From the IMG/VR virus record IMGVR_UViG_3300027744_000115, positions 1 to 24,742 of that record: a DNA stretch of 24,742 nt; one strand, 5' to 3'. Positions 24,265 through 24,742 of this stretch are shown here, in pieces. The translations under genes were made by a program, and so were the position numbers. Under the pieces are notes generated by a model. That model saw only the letters and a list, made by a program, of their open reading frames with translations. It was not told the DNA's origin and ran no database searches. How positions within the stretch are numbered: the first letter of the stretch is position 1; each line of letters begins with the position of its first letter. The stretch comes from a virus (lineage: Duplodnaviria > Caudoviricetes).

Positions 24265-24742
24265 TCAATAGTATCCAGCTTCCACGTTGACGTAGAACCC
24301 GTTCGTCAGTGAGGTTGCACCGCTAAATGCTGCGTACAAAGATTGCCCGCGCTGAAGCGTTAGGCCCCGAAGTTTAGGAGCTGTGGTGCTGTTTGCGCTG
24401 GTAAAGTTTGCGCCAGCCTGAGCAACCGGGCGGTTAATCAATGGAAGGATATTCTGCTCAGTTAAGCTATAAGATTGATTATCGTAAGTTGCAGGAATAC
24501 TTGCAACAAACAAAGGAAAGAATTGGTTAGTAAGAGTTACCGTACTTGTCGACACCAGGTAGAAACAGATGTCAATAGGTAGATAAACATTGACGTTACC
24601 TGAAGTCGTAGCCGAAGTTGCGCTTGTCCCTGTAAACGTTGTGGGTGTAACAGCAGTAACAGTTAGAATCTCATCTACGGCTGTACCACTGGTGTAATCC
24701 AGGTAAGCTTTCTGCCCAACTTGCAAGTTATGGTTTGAAAGC
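24265..24742 (-). CDS. Virion structural protein, 5' end outside the window
   Basis: Frame stays open to the window end (SNHNLQVGQKAYLDYTSG..., the same repeat type as its neighbours). Confidence 0.75.
   Translation of the reverse strand, partial: LSNHNLQVGQKAYLDYTSGTAVDEILTVTAVTPTTFTGTSATSATTSGNVNVYLPIDICFYLVSTSTVTLTNQFFPLFVASIPATYDNQSYSLTEQNILPLINRPVAQAGANFTSANSTTAPKLRGLTLQRGQSLYAAFSGATSLTNGFYVNVEAGYY

Noticed and set aside
1-24742. Alternative genetic code (stop codon reassignment)
   Set aside because: Standard-code ORFs tile the window densely, and TAA, TAG and TGA all end genes at sensible boundaries

Overview
Segment of a large tailed dsDNA phage genome, most likely a cyanophage (NblA-like gene, prolyl-4-hydroxylase-type 2OG-Fe(II) oxygenase, C39 peptidase with a cyanobacterial-type N-terminus, tRNA-Leu(UAA)). 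No capsid, terminase or polymerase hallmark gene is visible, so the family cannot be assigned. Most of the window is minus-strand virion and tail-fibre genes (1-2799, 11400-14972, 17847-24742), interleaved with accessory genes: Dps, an HNH nuclease, an orphan Phd/YefM antitoxin, a Dam-like methyltransferase, a DUF1599/Nmad1-like protein and a lysozyme-fold protein. Two structures stand out. (1) A ~310-bp nested imperfect inverted repeat (3135-3442) ends at the start codon of a coupled operon encoding two His-Me/HNH proteins that both lack the metal-binding Asn, plus an AP2-like protein. (2) Two divergent tail-fibre loci ~19.4 kb apart have variable C-terminal tips bracketed by near-identical DNA blocks, suggesting cassette exchange. 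Several enzyme folds (2x HNH, methyltransferase, lysozyme) have degenerate catalytic motifs. All family calls are from motif recognition by eye; no searches were run.
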